Below the pieces are notes generated by a model. That model did not search any database. It saw only the letters and a program-made list of their open reading frames with translations, and was not told the DNA's origin. Shown here one piece after another: positions 12,710 through 25,215 of a stretch of 64,000 bases of DNA (positions within the stretch are counted from its first letter, which is position 1; every line of letters starts with the position of its first letter). The position numbers and the translations under genes are program-made. The stretch is from Eutreptiella sp. 'Long Island Sound 2002' (Eukaryota > Protista > Euglenida), in assembly GCA_964036045.1 (NCBI GenBank), contig OZ038379.1, positions 71,114,001-71,178,000 of the forward strand, read 5' to 3'.

Positions 12710-14476
12710 AGGAGCCAGTCCAGATCCCCACGTGCAATGGGCTTGGTCCATATCCCCAACCAATTGGGGCCACTCCATATCCCCAACTGAAAAGGAGCTG
12801 GTCCATATCCCCAACTGCAAAGGGCTGAGTCCGCATCCCCGACTAGAGTGGGGTTAACCATAGCTCCAAATGAAAAGGGGCAAGTCTATACACCCAACTG
12901 AAAAGAGGGCTGTCCACATCCCGAAGAGACAAGGGGGCCACTGCATATCGCCAACTGCAAAATGACCGGTTTATATCCCGAACTGAAAAGGGGCTGGTCC
13001 AAATCCCAAACCGGTAATGTTTTCGTCCATATCCCCAACTAGAAAGCTACCGATCCACATCCCCAATCGGAATCGGGCCGGTTCATATCCCCAACTACCC
13101 CTTTTCATTTGGAGCTATGGTTTAGACCCGCTCTAGTTCGGGATGTGGACTCGCCCCTTTGCAGTTTGCAGCTGCTTGGTGCACTGCATGAGTTCCAGCG
13201 CGCATGGCCCACAAGCGGTGTGGCTGTGTGTTGCAGAAATTCCACGGCCCTATGCCCCTGGGGAGTGCAACGGTGCACTGTAGGAGCTCCGGCGCTTGTA
13301 TTGAAGGTATTTCATTGCCCACTACCCCAACGCAGTGGGACGGTGTGTTGCAGGTCTTCCATTGCCCACTACCCTGAGGCACTATGGCGCTGTATTGGAG
13401 GAATTCCACTACCCATTGCCCTTAGGCAGTGTGGTAGTTCACCACTTGACTTGCACCCCCATTGCCCAATGGCAGTGCGGTGGTGTATTGCAAAAGTTCC
13501 ACTGCCCACTGTCCCCTAGGCACTGTGGCAATGTGCCGCATATGGAGTGGCCCCCATTAGGTGGGGGTTATGTGTTTCCTTTGGGGATATGGACTCGCCC
13601 CTTTGCAATTTGGTAGGGTATATATGGACCGGCCCATTTCCAAAAAGAAAAGGGGCCACTCCATATCACCAACTGCGAAATGGCCGGTTCATACCCCCAA
13701 CTATCAAGGGGCCAATCTATATCCCCAAATGCAAACCGGCTAGCCCATATCCCAAAATGGAAAGATGCTGGTCCACATCCTTGACAAGAAAGGGGCTAGT
13801 CTAGAACCCCAACTAGAAATTGGGCAATCCATATCCCCTACCGAACTACAAAGGGGCTAGTCCATATCCCCAACTGCAAAGGGGCAAGTCCATGTCCGGG
13901 ATTGCAGCGGAGCTAAACCATATCTCCAAATGAAAAGGGGCAAGTCTATACACCCAACTAAAAAGAGGGCCGTCCACATCCCCAAGAGAAAGAGGCCACT
14001 CCATATCGCCAATTGCGAAGGGGCCAGTTCCTATCCCGAACCGAAAAGGAGCCGGTCCATGTCCCCAACCGGTAATGTGTTGGTCCATATCCCCAACTAG
14101 AAAGCTACCGATCCACAACCCCAATCGGAATTGGGCCGGTTCATATCCCCAACTAGAAAGGGACCGGTCCATATATACCCTACGAAACTGCAAAGGGGCG
14201 AGTCCATATCCCCAAATGAAAAGGGACCAAAGCATAACCCCCACCTATTTGGGGCCACTGCATATCCCTAACCGGAAAGGGGCTGGTTCATATCCCCAAA
14301 TTGCAAACGAGCGAGTCCACATACTGGACTAGAGCAGGGCTCAACCATACCTCCAAACGAAAAAGGGCAAGTCTATACACCCACTGAAAAGAGGGTTGTC
14401 GACGTCTCCAAAAGAAAAGGGCCTACTCCATATCGCCAAGTGCAAAATGTACACATCCCCAACTAGAGTGCGGCTA
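12710..14476. repeat. ~28-bp satellite mosaic (TCCATATCCCCAACTG..AAAGGG)
   Basis: Monomer starts at 12747, 12774, 12802 and 12830. Contains inverted pieces (12814-12875 vs ~13101-13166; ~13560-13620). Confidence 0.9.
13175..13550. repeat. Nested ~45-bp satellite (TTCCACTGCCCACTGCCCC..GGCAGTG type)
   Basis: Repeated ttccattgcccactaccc / ggcactgtggc / ggcagtg motifs embedded in the 28-bp array. Confidence 0.75.
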
Positions 14477-15394
14477 GCTGAAATTCAGCGACTTCTTGGC
14501 GCTTGCCAAGGCCATGCGCGAGCGGCGCGCAGAGCGCCTATGGAAGGCGTCGGAGGCCCTACCCAACTCAGAGTTGTTCACTTCAGTGGCCATCTCCATC
14601 GCTTGCGTGGCGGATGTGCCCCCCGGCGTCTGCGCTGCCCTCCGTGTGAAGTTCTACGCGGCAATCATCGTGGTGGTGGCCACAACAGCGCACGCCGAGG
14701 ACCTGCAAGCGGTGGAAGCTGCTGTCAAGGAGCAAACCGTCATCTCCACGCTGCCAATGGGCAATGGCAGCCACCCAACACGTGCACGGAGCGCCGGCCC
14801 AAGTGCTACCCCCAAAGCCAACCTAGCAACCCAGTTTACCCTCTAGGTGGGGAGCCACACGGTTGGCCCCCTTTCTGATGCCGTGGCCCCCGCACGCCGC
14901 GCAACCCCGAGCCACAAGTGCGGCACCATCACCGTGGGCAGCACAAGCCCAACAAACACTCTCCACGTGGGCCTTGGTGGCTACGAGCCCAGGCATTGAT
15001 GCCCCGATGGGGTCACATGGTGGCCAAACACTTGGTGCTAGAACTTTGTGGCTTGAACTCCGAGGCCGTGACGGTCGCATTTTTTCGCGCACTCAAGGCA
15101 CATATGCCCTAGTGGCCCACATTAAATCCAATATGGTTTATTTTAAATGCTTCATGTATGAGCTCATTCATACATGACCTGCCAGATATTAGGAGGTTAA
15201 CTCGCTTTCCCATCATTTTGCCACATTTGTGTCCTTCTTTTTCTCTCTATATCACAATGTCTAAGGGTTCTTATGGGGTACATTGCTGCACAACGGGGTA
15301 GTAGAGGGGTCCCAAGGGTATGTGGTTGGCTACCCAGCACACACCCCACTTTCCATGCCCACTATGCACCTCACTCACATTGCCCATTTCCCTT

Positions 15395-17202
15395 GTTTAG
15401 CTCTTGTGACGCCTTTCTCTCGAGACGGACTTACCGAGCTTAGCATGACCCTTACACGGCTAAGCGGCGCCAAGAGTTTGCGCGACCCATTGGTTGCGCA
15501 AGTCCTCGGCGAGTGGGTGGCTTCATCCGCTGCGGCCAAGGCCCGATGGTCGGAGGCCACGGAGATAGGCTACCCGTACCCGTACCTACTCGTAGTAAGC
15601 AATTGGAGATGGTGACACAATACGCCTCCTTCCTCTTTCCCGCGCCCCGACCTACTCGGGCTCCTCATGGACTTGAAAGTCCCAAAGGTTGGTTTCCGGG
15701 CCGTGTCGGAGTACATGTCCCGCCGGGGGGTTGCATACATGGCCGCAACGGGTTATCCATTCCCCCGGCCCATCCCCTCACGGGACCAATTCTCGGACAC
15801 ATGGAAGGAGATGGCCAAACCCCTGGAGTTGCGGCCTCCCGTGTCCATTGCGGATGCCCCCGCGAGTGGCCGCTCATGGCCGCTGCAATCTTCGGCGCGC
15901 TACGTCCAATCACGGCCTCCACTTGCAGATGTCATCGATTGGTCACGGCCTCTCACATTCCTCGTGCGCGGGAATGCGTACCCATGTGTCGGTGGTAGTT
16001 GGATCCAACTCTCCATTGGGCTCCTCAACCATGGCGCACGGGGCCGCTCACCCGCGTACTTGTGGGTGATTGGGATGGCCGTTTGCGGGGACAAGGACAT
16101 GGCCGCCCTTGCAACCATTTTTTTGTATTTGGGCCGAGAACCTGCAGGTTTGTGGCCCATTCATTGTTCGTTCATTTTGGCGTTCATATCTACACGGTAA
16201 CATCCAGATTTTCATTAATATTAACTCAGCTCGTAGATTAAAACTTAATATTAACCCGCAAGTATTAATTGCAAATATTAACCCACTTTTGTTCCTAGGT
16301 TTTGGGATCGATCCACGGTTGCAAAAAGTTCTATTGGGCAACCCGGTGGGTGGCAAGCGAGCTGGTCATTGGGGGAAACCAGCCATTCGTGCGACGCCTC
16401 ATTGGCGTCTCCATATCGCCCATGGTGGGCTTTATTTACAACATGGGTGTGTGGGACAAGGGTGCGGCGGCATGGGTGAACGCCGCCACGCGGCGTACAT
16501 TGCAAGAGGAGGTGGCCGCCCGTGTGCGCTACAAGGAGACGGGCCGTAGCTTGGACGATAGGGGATGCATGGGAGACCCACACATTGTGGTCGACCGATG
16601 TTTGGTCTTCCTATGCATCCTCCATTGTTGAATGGCCATGAGGCGCCTCCAAGTGGCCTTCATTGGGGCCCGCCTTGAGGCCCTCCTGAAGGACAGCACC
16701 GAGGCCGGGCAACGGATCCTCTACTGCGCTCGTACGGGGGTCAATTTGGGCTCGGCGGCCGCGCCCGACGGTGAGGAGTCCCGGGCGTTGTTCCTCGCGT
16801 GGCAGGAGCTTGGGCCCCTATTGGCCTACACACCCGGAGGATGGTGAGTTGCAAGCCGTGGTTGCCATGCGGGACCTCCTCCGGGAATTGTACTCCGACA
16901 AGCCCCCCACGACGGACCTTCGTACCCCGGAGGTTGCGCGCGCATACCGCACCCATTGTTGCAAGACCGGGTGCCAATCCAACTACCTCCTTTACTTGGA
17001 GGAGGATGTCACCACGGCTGTGGTCAATGCGGCGCGGTTGGGGGTGGGATTGGCCGCGGTGTGCGCTGTTGTCGTTGAGAGCCTCAACGCCATCCTCAAG
17101 CGCGCTTACAACGATCACACCGAGGAGGAGGGATGCCGGGTGCCGCGGCCTTGCAACGCGAGGCCGAGGTGGTATTGCAAGTGTGGGAGTGGTGGTTCTT
17201 GA
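15395..17202 (+). mobile_element. Transib/RAG1-like DDE transposase pseudogene (family 2)
   Basis: LTFLVRGNAY (first acidic position, D>N at 15973), LVIGGNQPF (second, D>N at 16377), CILH motif, SNYLLYL and GLAAVCAVVVESLNAILKR (E at 17077). One GT-AG intron, stops and frameshifts. Confidence 0.55.
16148..16298 (+). other. AT-rich GT-AG intron in the transposase
   Basis: CAG|GTTTGT...ttttgttccTAG|GTT joins WAENLQ to VLGSIHG in phase 0. Contains TTAATATTAA at 16215 and 16245. Confidence 0.7.
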
Positions 17203-17248
17203 AAGTCGACCTGCCACTCCGCACACATGGAGCACCCCATAGTGCTCC

Positions 17249-17942
17249 GTGTACAATGGCCAAGCTCATGGCCACCCAAAGCCCACCCCCCTCTACTCTT
17301 CACCTTTTCCCCCCTCCAGCACTTTTGCCCCCTGCCATGGCCATATTGTCCGCCGACATGAAGCCGATGACAGACACCTTGATGTCTATGATGGCCGAGA
17401 ACAACGCAAAAATGGTATGCTTGCTTGTAATTGCTTGTTTGCAACTCGGAGTTAATATTTGCGGCAGTGTTTTAATATCTGCGAGTAAATATTAACAGGT
17501 TGGTCGCTTAAATTTTAATATATGAATTAATATTTGTGTTCCAAATAATAACCCGTGGATGATAATATAAAAATTTAAAAAAAATCTCACTTTTCCCGTT
17601 TTTAGATGCAAAAAGTGGTGGAGCACCTTCGGCAAGCCCCTCTAGTAGCAGCTGCAACAGTTCCAATTGCAGCAGCAGCATCAACAGCAATTCGGCGACC
17701 CCGGGACAAGGAGTCAAGCGGAGACTCCTCCGATGGAGGACGACGAGAAAAAAAAGAAAAAAAGGAAGAAGAGGGAGAGGGAGGAGAGGGAGAGGGAGAG
17801 GGACAGAGAGAGGGCCAAAGACTCAGCAGAGGTCGGGGCAGGGGACCCAGTGGGGGGGGTTAAGGAAGAGGGAGAGGACGTGGTGGTGGACGAGGGTGAT
17901 GGGGAGCGTGGGGATAGTGGGGATGGGGAGGGGGACGTATGA
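17249..17942 (+). CDS. Low-complexity accessory ORF with intron 17415-17605
   Basis: MAKLMATQ...ENNAKM|gtatgc...cccgtttttag|MQKVVEHL joins in phase 0, followed by a Lys/Arg/Glu/Asp-rich tail with a frameshift. Confidence 0.45.
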
Positions 17943-18149
17943 TTATGCTCTAGGTTTTCCGCCGCCTTGTGCGCAAACTTGTGCACAAGCACGGCGCGTG
18001 AAAGGGGGAGTGGGGGCGGGACCCAGAATGGGGGGGGGGCTGGATGTGGAGGCTTGTCACTGGTGCGCCCCTGGCACCAGTGCCAGACGGTGTCAATGCT
18101 GGGGGGTTGCTAGCGCTGAATTTGCTTAGAGACCCCGGCAACCAGGGGG

Positions 18150-18245
18150 ACAGCAGAAAAAAATTCCCCGAGGAGGAGAATTTTTTTTTTCAACCGCGAC
18201 ACTTGTCCCCCCCCAACCCCGTATACAAAATTTTCTACCCGCAAG
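18150..18245. other. Conserved module AACCGCGACACTTGT(C/G)CCCCC shared by several elements
   Basis: Identical 15-mer at 18192, 30911 and 51161, and as reverse complement at 58254, each next to T-tracts. Confidence 0.7.
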
Positions 18246-18394
18246 GGACTTTTTCTACCCTAACCCGCCATTGTCCCCACTGGGCCCACACCCCCCCCCC
18301 CCCAGAGCCCCCCCCCGTGCCCCCCCTCCCCCCTTTGGCCCACCCCACCCCACCCCACCCCCCTTGCTCCGCCGCCTCCAGAGAATTTTTGTGG

Positions 18395-19872
18395 AGGCTG
18401 CCCCGGCTACCATGGCCAGGCGTGGCCAATCACATGCCCCCGATCCTCGGGCCGACTCACGGAGCGCCGGGTTCCAAGCACAACAGCACCAACTGTCACA
18501 TGGATTGTTCACATGTATATGTACGGGAGCACATTCATCTTTTGACACCATCGTCCTCTCAAAGAGAAGAGACTACGGCCCCGGCTCAATGTGCAAAAGC
18601 GTAGAAGGGAATTGCACCCTTCGGCACTACGTCGCACTCGGTACTCGCACGCACAACGCTTGCGACTGTCTCCCTCACCATGCGAAGATGCAGTCTTGCG
18701 AAAGCCCTTCTTTTTCTTGTAACCTTTGGTGAATGTCTTAATAAAGTCGTCAACCACAGTGTGCTTCCATTCCAACCAGCGAGTGCTCCGGTGGTCGGGG
18801 GTCATGCTCTCAGCCATGCGTTTGGGATCGGCTTTGTTTGCTAGTGGCCCATCGTGGATCCCAGTCCGCGTACTCCACAAACTCTTGATACCTTCAGAAA
18901 AGTGGCCGGGGCGACAACATACCTGTTTCTTGGAATGCTTGTCTTCAGCGCCATGCGAAGATGCTGTCTGCTGGCCGATCTGCGACTGCAACAACTGCTC
19001 CTGCAATTGCAATATCCGTATGTCCCGCTCGGATTCCCTCGCCTGCAAAACCTGGATACCTGCAGAACAGTGGCAAGCAAAACACAACTGTTTTTCGCCT
19101 GTCTTCAGCGCCATGCAGAAATGCGTTGCCCATCCTTAAGCAGTCGGTAGCCCGCCGCCTCAACGCCGTAAATGTGCATGAGCCTCGGTCGGTGACCTGC
19201 AGAAAACTGGCAAGCAAAACACAGCTGCTTTTTGCCTATCTTCAGCGCCATGCAGAAATGCGCTGCCAATGATGCGGCCATGTTCAACTTGAGGGTCAGG
19301 GTCTTGGTGTTGCTCCACAAACTCTTGATACTTGCAGAAAAGAAGCCGGGGCGCCAACATACGTGTTTTTGGGAATGCCTATCTTCAGTGCCATTGCATC
19401 GCGCTTTGATTCACATCATAGGTGGTATTCTCGGCAGGATAGCACGGGCATGTGTATCCTCCACAGGGATCACCGAGCTGATCGTGGGACGTCGCTTGAA
19501 AGAAAGAGCACACATGCACAACACACCTCTTTTTTGCCTGTCTTCAGCGCCATTCAGAGATCGGTGCAAGTAATGTTGCGTCCAAATCACTTCCTCTAGT
19601 GCAAATCCCTAAAATGGTGCAGAGAAATCGCACACACAAGCGCAACACACCTGTCTTTTGCCTGTCTTTGGCGCCATTCAGAGATACCTGCAGACAACTT
19701 CCGGGGCAAACATGGACCATATGCACGACAAGCACCCCACCACTCCCCCCTGCCTCGCCACCTCCACAGCAATTGCAGTGAATGCCTGTGAAGGCTGCCC
19801 CGGCTACCAAGGCCACGCATGGCCAATCACATGCCCCCGATCGCGGGGCACACTCACGGAGCGCCGGGTTCC
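18395..19872. repeat. 81-bp direct repeats flanking ~120-160 bp tandem modules
   Basis: 18395-18475 matches 19792-19872 and includes GGCCAATCAC. The internal motif CTTCAGCGCCAT recurs near 18943, 19103, 19240, 19383, 19542 and 19664. Confidence 0.7.
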
Positions 19873-20599
19873 CAACCCCCCGGCCCGCCGCCATTCCCCC
19901 TGCTCCCTTCCCTTTGGTCCCTCTTTCCAATATCTTCTCCACCCTCTGTCGTTGGCGGCGGGCCTGCCCCCTCCCTCCCCTCTAGCCCTCCTCCCTCTCG
20001 TCGCTCTGTCCTCCCTGTTCTCTTTTGCCTACCCTTCTGGCTGCCACCCATCTCGCCTCCTTTCCTCCCTGTTATGGGTCACGGTCACGGTCACTTGGCT
20101 TGTTTGCCTCCTTGTCTGTACCTTGTCCTAGTGAGCCAGCCCTGTCCTACGCAGTAGTTGGTCAGACTGCACAGGCACATTGTTCTCCTCCTCCCTCCCC
20201 CCTTTCCACCTCAGGTCAGCTCCTCATCTGTGTGGCTGCCACGGTAAGGCCCACGGGGTCCCCCGCGCATCGCCGGTGTGGCGCCCTTGCATCGCGCTTG
20301 CATCGCCCTTGCATCGCCGCTTCTTTTGGTTCCCAGGCTCCCATGCCCCCTTCGGTTCTCATCTGCACCCGTGTCCTCCCCCTCTTGGTCCCGCTGCCAC
20401 AACACTGGAACCGGCCCATGGCGCACGTCGCTTCCCCAACATTGGCCGTGGTCCCACCACCACACCCCGGCGGGCCTGCTACCTCCACCGGAGTGTGCGC
20501 GTAGTGTAGGGGGGTGTCGGTGTGGGGATCAGCGCGGTCTGGCCTCCCGGCACCAGACAATGGCGGGTTGCATGAACCAACGGCAGATCCACTCCGCGG

Positions 20600-23160
20600 G
20601 CCATAGGGCAGTCACCAGTGCCGCGGTGCGCTAACCACTGTCCCTGTCCAAAATCTGGGTCCACTTCAGCACTTCCTTCGTTTCTGCACAGGCTCCGCCT
20701 CCTCTTCTTCCTCCTCTTCTTCTTCCTCCGCTTCTTCCTCCTTTGTCTTGCTTGCCTGCTTGGTCTCTTGCCTCCTTGGTCGCCCAGGCGCCGGCATGCC
20801 GACGACCGCGTCACTCTCCGTCTCCGTGACCATCACCACCAGCCACCGCGTCTTCGCAACCGTCTCCGCCTTGCGGGTCTTGTTCCTGCTCCACTGCCGA
20901 CTTGGGTGCGCCAAGCCCAGCAACTCCTGCGCGCCCGAGGTACTGCAGCACCTCAGCTCCATGTCCGGGGTGCCGGGCATCAGCACCAGTGCGGGGCCGG
21001 CCGCCGCGCTCCTCATCACGCCGGGGGCCCATCCACTGCGCCTCGCCACAGCCGCCATCATCGCCTGCTTGCTCAGCGCCGTGTACCCGCTCGGCCGCAG
21101 TCCTTATTGCAAAGTGGTCTCCGTGTCGCTCACGATATGGGGCCGCTTGGGGACGTACCTGCCCCGTCTCTTGGTTTGCCCCTACACCTTGATTTGGCCC
21201 ATCCCCGCAGCCATTCCAGCGTGGAACGTTGCTCTTCCCGCTGCTGCTCCGTCATCGACTTGCCCTTGTTGAAGAGGTCGCCGGGTTCGCGGATCTTCCA
21301 CTCGTCCGTGGACCTGTACATGAACGCGCTGGCGGCTTTCACCGCCAGGTAGGAGAGGTTCTGCTTCTGGGCCACCTTCTCCGGCCAGGGCTCCTACACG
21401 GCATGCACCGTGAATCCGACTCGCTGGAAGCTCAATCCCAGGTCCTGCGCCGGCTGCAGGTGCAGCGGATCCACGATCAACGTCTCCTCCCCCTCCCGAT
21501 CCGCAGCCACCACATACGACTGGCAGCTGGGGCAGGAGGGGTGGAGGGCCCCTGCATCCCGGGGGCTGTGGTATGCCTCCGGATAATCGGGCAGCCGCCC
21601 GGCGCCCTGCAGGCAGTCAGCCTGCGCGCCTCAGGGCTCCCTGCAGCCTCCACAGGGTTCGCCGCCTTTCCCGAAAATTGTCCACGGCGGTGTTTGAGCT
21701 TTGCAGCTGCCGATTCCTCTGTGCCCCCGATGGGGCGCGAACGTTGGCAACGTTCTCAACCCACCTTGCGGACAGCCTCACCACTTGCTCCCATTCTGTT
21801 TCCCGTATCCGTGCCATCAAGTCCGCCTCGTTCTCCGCTGCTTGCCTCTTGTACCGCCGCTTCAGGCCATTGAAGATCTTCTTGTCCTCCGCCTTTCTTG
21901 CCTGCATCTTTCTCCGCGCCTCCTCTCTGGCCTTCTGTCTTTCCATGGGATTCGGATCCGGGGTGCGCTCCATGAGCCTTCGTATTCGGCGAGCAATTGT
22001 GTCCGACTCCTCCGACCACTCCTCCACATTGTCCGTGTCCGACTCATCACCCACGAGTGGTTGGCCCACAGATGAGCGGGGCGCCTTCTTCATGGCGGGT
22101 TCTAGTGCGCTCCACAGCTTTTGCGTCGATCCTCTGGATCCTTGTGTTGCCTTGTCCCCCGCATGTCCCTTCACCGCCTGTGTTGCCTTCTTTCCTGACG
22201 GCTTATCCGCGACATGTCCCTTCTCCGCCTGTGTTGCCTTCTTTCCTGACGGCTGATCCGCGGCATGTCCCTTCTTTGCCTCTGCCTCTGCCCCTGGTGC
22301 ATCCTCATGTTCCCTCAACCATGCCTCCAACCCGTAAAACTCCTCCGCCTCCCGGGTTGTCCTCTTTCCTTCGACGTGATAATATGCAGCCCGTGTGGCA
22401 TCCGTTGTCACGTGAAATTTCACGCGGTTCCCCTCCTCGTCCACCAACCCGCGTGCGACATTCGCTGTGGCGGTGCGGTATTGTTCTCGGTATGTCCTCC
22501 GCCACTTCTGGCTTTGCCAACTCCGTCCAACCGGGGCAATCCCCAGTTCCATTGGGACATCCCACTCCCTGGCGTGATGTGGTGGTGGGCCCCTGGTCCT
22601 GTAGGCTGCCAGTTCCACGTCCGTCAGCTCGGCAATCTCCCCGGCAGAGAAGGTGGCGGAGTGCCCGCCTGAGGAGGTATCCTCCGAGTCTGCTTCACAG
22701 CCGGGTATGGTACCCCCGGCTTGCAACCACTCCTCCGCAGGCTGCTGTCTCGCCTTCTCTTTTGCCTCCTTCGGCGCTTGCGGCTTTGCTTCCTTTGCTG
22801 CCTCCTTCGGCGCTTGCGGCTTTGCTTCCTCTGCTGCCTGCTTCGGCGCTTGCGGCTGTGCATCCTTTGCGGCCTCCTTCGGCGCTTGCGGCTTTGCTTC
22901 CTTTGCTGCCTCCACCGGCGCTTGCGGCTTTGCCTCTTTTAGGCGCTGCCAGTGGCTGCTCTAATGCCTCCTTCGGCGCTTCCGGCTTTGTTTCCTTTGG
23001 CGCTGCTGCTGGCTGCTCTGCTGACTCCGGCTCTGACCCGTTTGCCGCTTGCGGCTTCCCCCCCTGTGGCACTGGGACTGCCTCTGCTGCCTCTTTTGGT
23101 GCCTCTGTTGCCTCTTTTGGTGCACTTGCCGCTTGAGCGTTCTTGGGGGCCATCCCCTCA
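20600..23160 (-). CDS. Ala/Lys/Glu-rich repetitive, coiled-coil protein of unknown function (frameshifted)
   Basis: 432-aa ORF 21617-22915 with 33-bp (KEAKPQAPKEA) and 51-bp (KGHAADQPSGKKATQAE) tandem repeats. Further frames at 22695-23204, 21130-21375 and 20666-21061. Confidence 0.45.
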
Positions 23161-23199
23161 ACGCTTGTCAGCAACACATGTGTCTGCACAGGCCAAGGC

Positions 23200-25215
23200 G
23201 CCAAACTTGTCCCTTATATTGAGCAAAGAACCCTCAAAGCGTCGACTTTGTCCCTCACAGTTCTCCGAGTGCCGGTCTCCAATGGACCCCATTCCTTTTG
23301 CAGTGGCTGCGGCGCCCCCTGGGGTACACATATTGCCCTCACTTCAACCCGGACTCCCCATTAGCAGATCACAACCTTTCAAATGTCACCAGTCAGCACT
23401 GCAGAGGTTTTTCTTCTTCTAGCTGGATGCATGGCAAGCAAAAAAGAGCAAAAAAAGGCAATAAAACCCCAAAGCGTCCAACTTATCTCTCACAATTCTC
23501 TAATTGCCCGTCGCCAATGGACCCGATTCATTTTGGAGTGGCTGCGGCGCCCTACACATAATGCCCTCACTTCAACCCGGACTCCCCATTAGCAGATCAC
23601 GACGTTTCAAATGTCACCAGTCAACAGTGCAGAGGTTTTCACCCTACCAACTGGATGCATTGCAAGCAAAAGAAAGCAACAAAAGGCGATGAACCCCCAG
23701 AGCGTCGACCTTGTCCCTCACAGTGCTCTGAGTGCCCTTCTCCAATGGACCTGATTCTTCTTGCAGTGGCTACGGCGCCCCCAGGGGTACACATAATGCC
23801 CTCACTTCAACCTAGACTCCCCATTAGCAGGTCAGGACGCCTCAACTGTCACCAGTCAGCACGGCAGAGGTTTTCACCCTACCAGCTGGATGCATTGCAA
23901 GCAAAAGAAAGCAAAAAAAGGCAATGAACCCCCAAAGCGTCGAACCTGTCCCTCACAGTGCTCTTAGTGCCCGTCTCCAATGGACCCGATTCCTCTTGCA
24001 GTGGCTGCGGCGCCCCCTGGGGTACACATAATGCCCTCACTTCAACCCAGACTCCCCATTAGCAGATTACGACGCCTAGAATGTCACCAGTCAGCAGCGC
24101 AGACAGCTGTTCCTTCTTTTCGCTATCTATCCAGTAACGCTTTGCCCATGTGTCATGGTGGGAGCGATGGTGGTGTTGAAAAACACCGTTGTGGCAGTGT
24201 GGCACTCACCCGAGGAAGGGGCGAATGATCTCTCGGTCGGCCCATCGGTAGGCCGACAGGCGGGGCGGGGGTGGTGCTGCCGGGGCAATCCCAACCTCGT
24301 TGCTGGGCATGCTGCCCAACATCCCCTCGCCAAACAAAGTGGCGAGGGTCTCCTTCTTCTCTTTTGCTTTTCCTTCAAAGGGGATGATCCTCTGCACCTT
24401 CTTCCGCTGCTTTTCTTCCTTCTCCTCCTCCTTCGTTCCTTTTCCTTCAAAGTGGAAGGGCTTTTCTTCCTTCTCCTCTTCCTTCCTTGCCTTCCCTTGG
24501 AAGGGGATGATCCTCTGCACCTTCTTCTCCTCCTTTTCCTTCTCCTCCTCTTTCTTCCTCGCCTTCCCCTCAAAGGGGATAATCTTATGCTCTTCCTTGC
24601 CCCGGTATGGGGTGATCTTTGGGATCCTCCGCATCTTCTTTTCTTTCATTGTATAAGCCTGTAGGTGTACTAGTGTACTAGGTGTACTACTAGGGAGTGG
24701 AGAGGAAAACGGGCTCCTTCCAAAACGGTCCTCTGATTGCTACCGTTTCAAATGTTGTGCGCCTCCAATGCTCCGTTTCACCCTAGCAGCTGGATGTGTT
24801 GCAAGGCAAAAAAGGGAAAAAAAAACCCAAAGTGTCCAACTTGTCCCTCATTGATCTCCGAGTGCCCGTCCCCAATGGACCCGATTCCTTTTGCAATGGC
24901 TGCGGAGCCCCCTGGGGTACACATAATGCCGTCGGATCTACCCGGACTCCCCATTAGGCGATCACAACATGTCAAATGTCACCAATCAACAGTCCAGGGG
25001 TTTTCCCTCTACGAACTGGATGCATTGCAAGCAAAAAGGAAGGCGCGGAACCCCCAAAACGTCCAACTTGTCCCTCACATTTCTCTGAGTGCCCGTCTCC
25101 AATGGTCCCGATTCCTGTTGCAATGGCTGCGGCGCCCCCTGGGGTGTACAGAATGGGGTGATACACCCATGAACTATCTGTTTGCTCGGCACATTTCGTA
25201 AAGTACCATCAGTCA
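23200..25215. repeat. ~230-240 bp tandem repeat (about 4 + 2 copies), interrupted at ~24110-24750
   Basis: CCAATGGACCCGATTC...GCAGTGGCTGCGGCGCCCCCTGGGGTACACAT... recurs. GGATGCAT anchors near 23424, 23653, 23888, 24790 and 25018. Confidence 0.9.
24206..24649 (-). CDS. Lys/Glu-rich ORF with IIPFEGK repeats
   Basis: 147-aa ORF with four (I)IPF(E/Q)GK / HFEGKG motifs separated by KEEE tracts. Confidence 0.3.
   Translation of the reverse strand: MKEKKMRRIPKITPYRGKEEHKIIPFEGKARKKEEEKEKEEKKVQRIIPFQGKARKEEEKEEKPFHFEGKGTKEEEKEEKQRKKVQRIIPFEGKAKEKKETLATLFGEGMLGSMPSNEVGIAPAAPPPPRLSAYRWADREIIRPFLG

Larger units (their letters stand above)
12480..14846 (+). pseudogene. Unknown ORF split by a 1774-bp satellite insertion
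   Basis: The left part ends ...ISSKRCALK (12709) and the right part begins FSDFLALAKAMRERRAERLWK (14484). GCTGAAA is duplicated at 12703-12709 and 14477-14483, and removing the insertion restores the frame. Confidence 0.6.
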
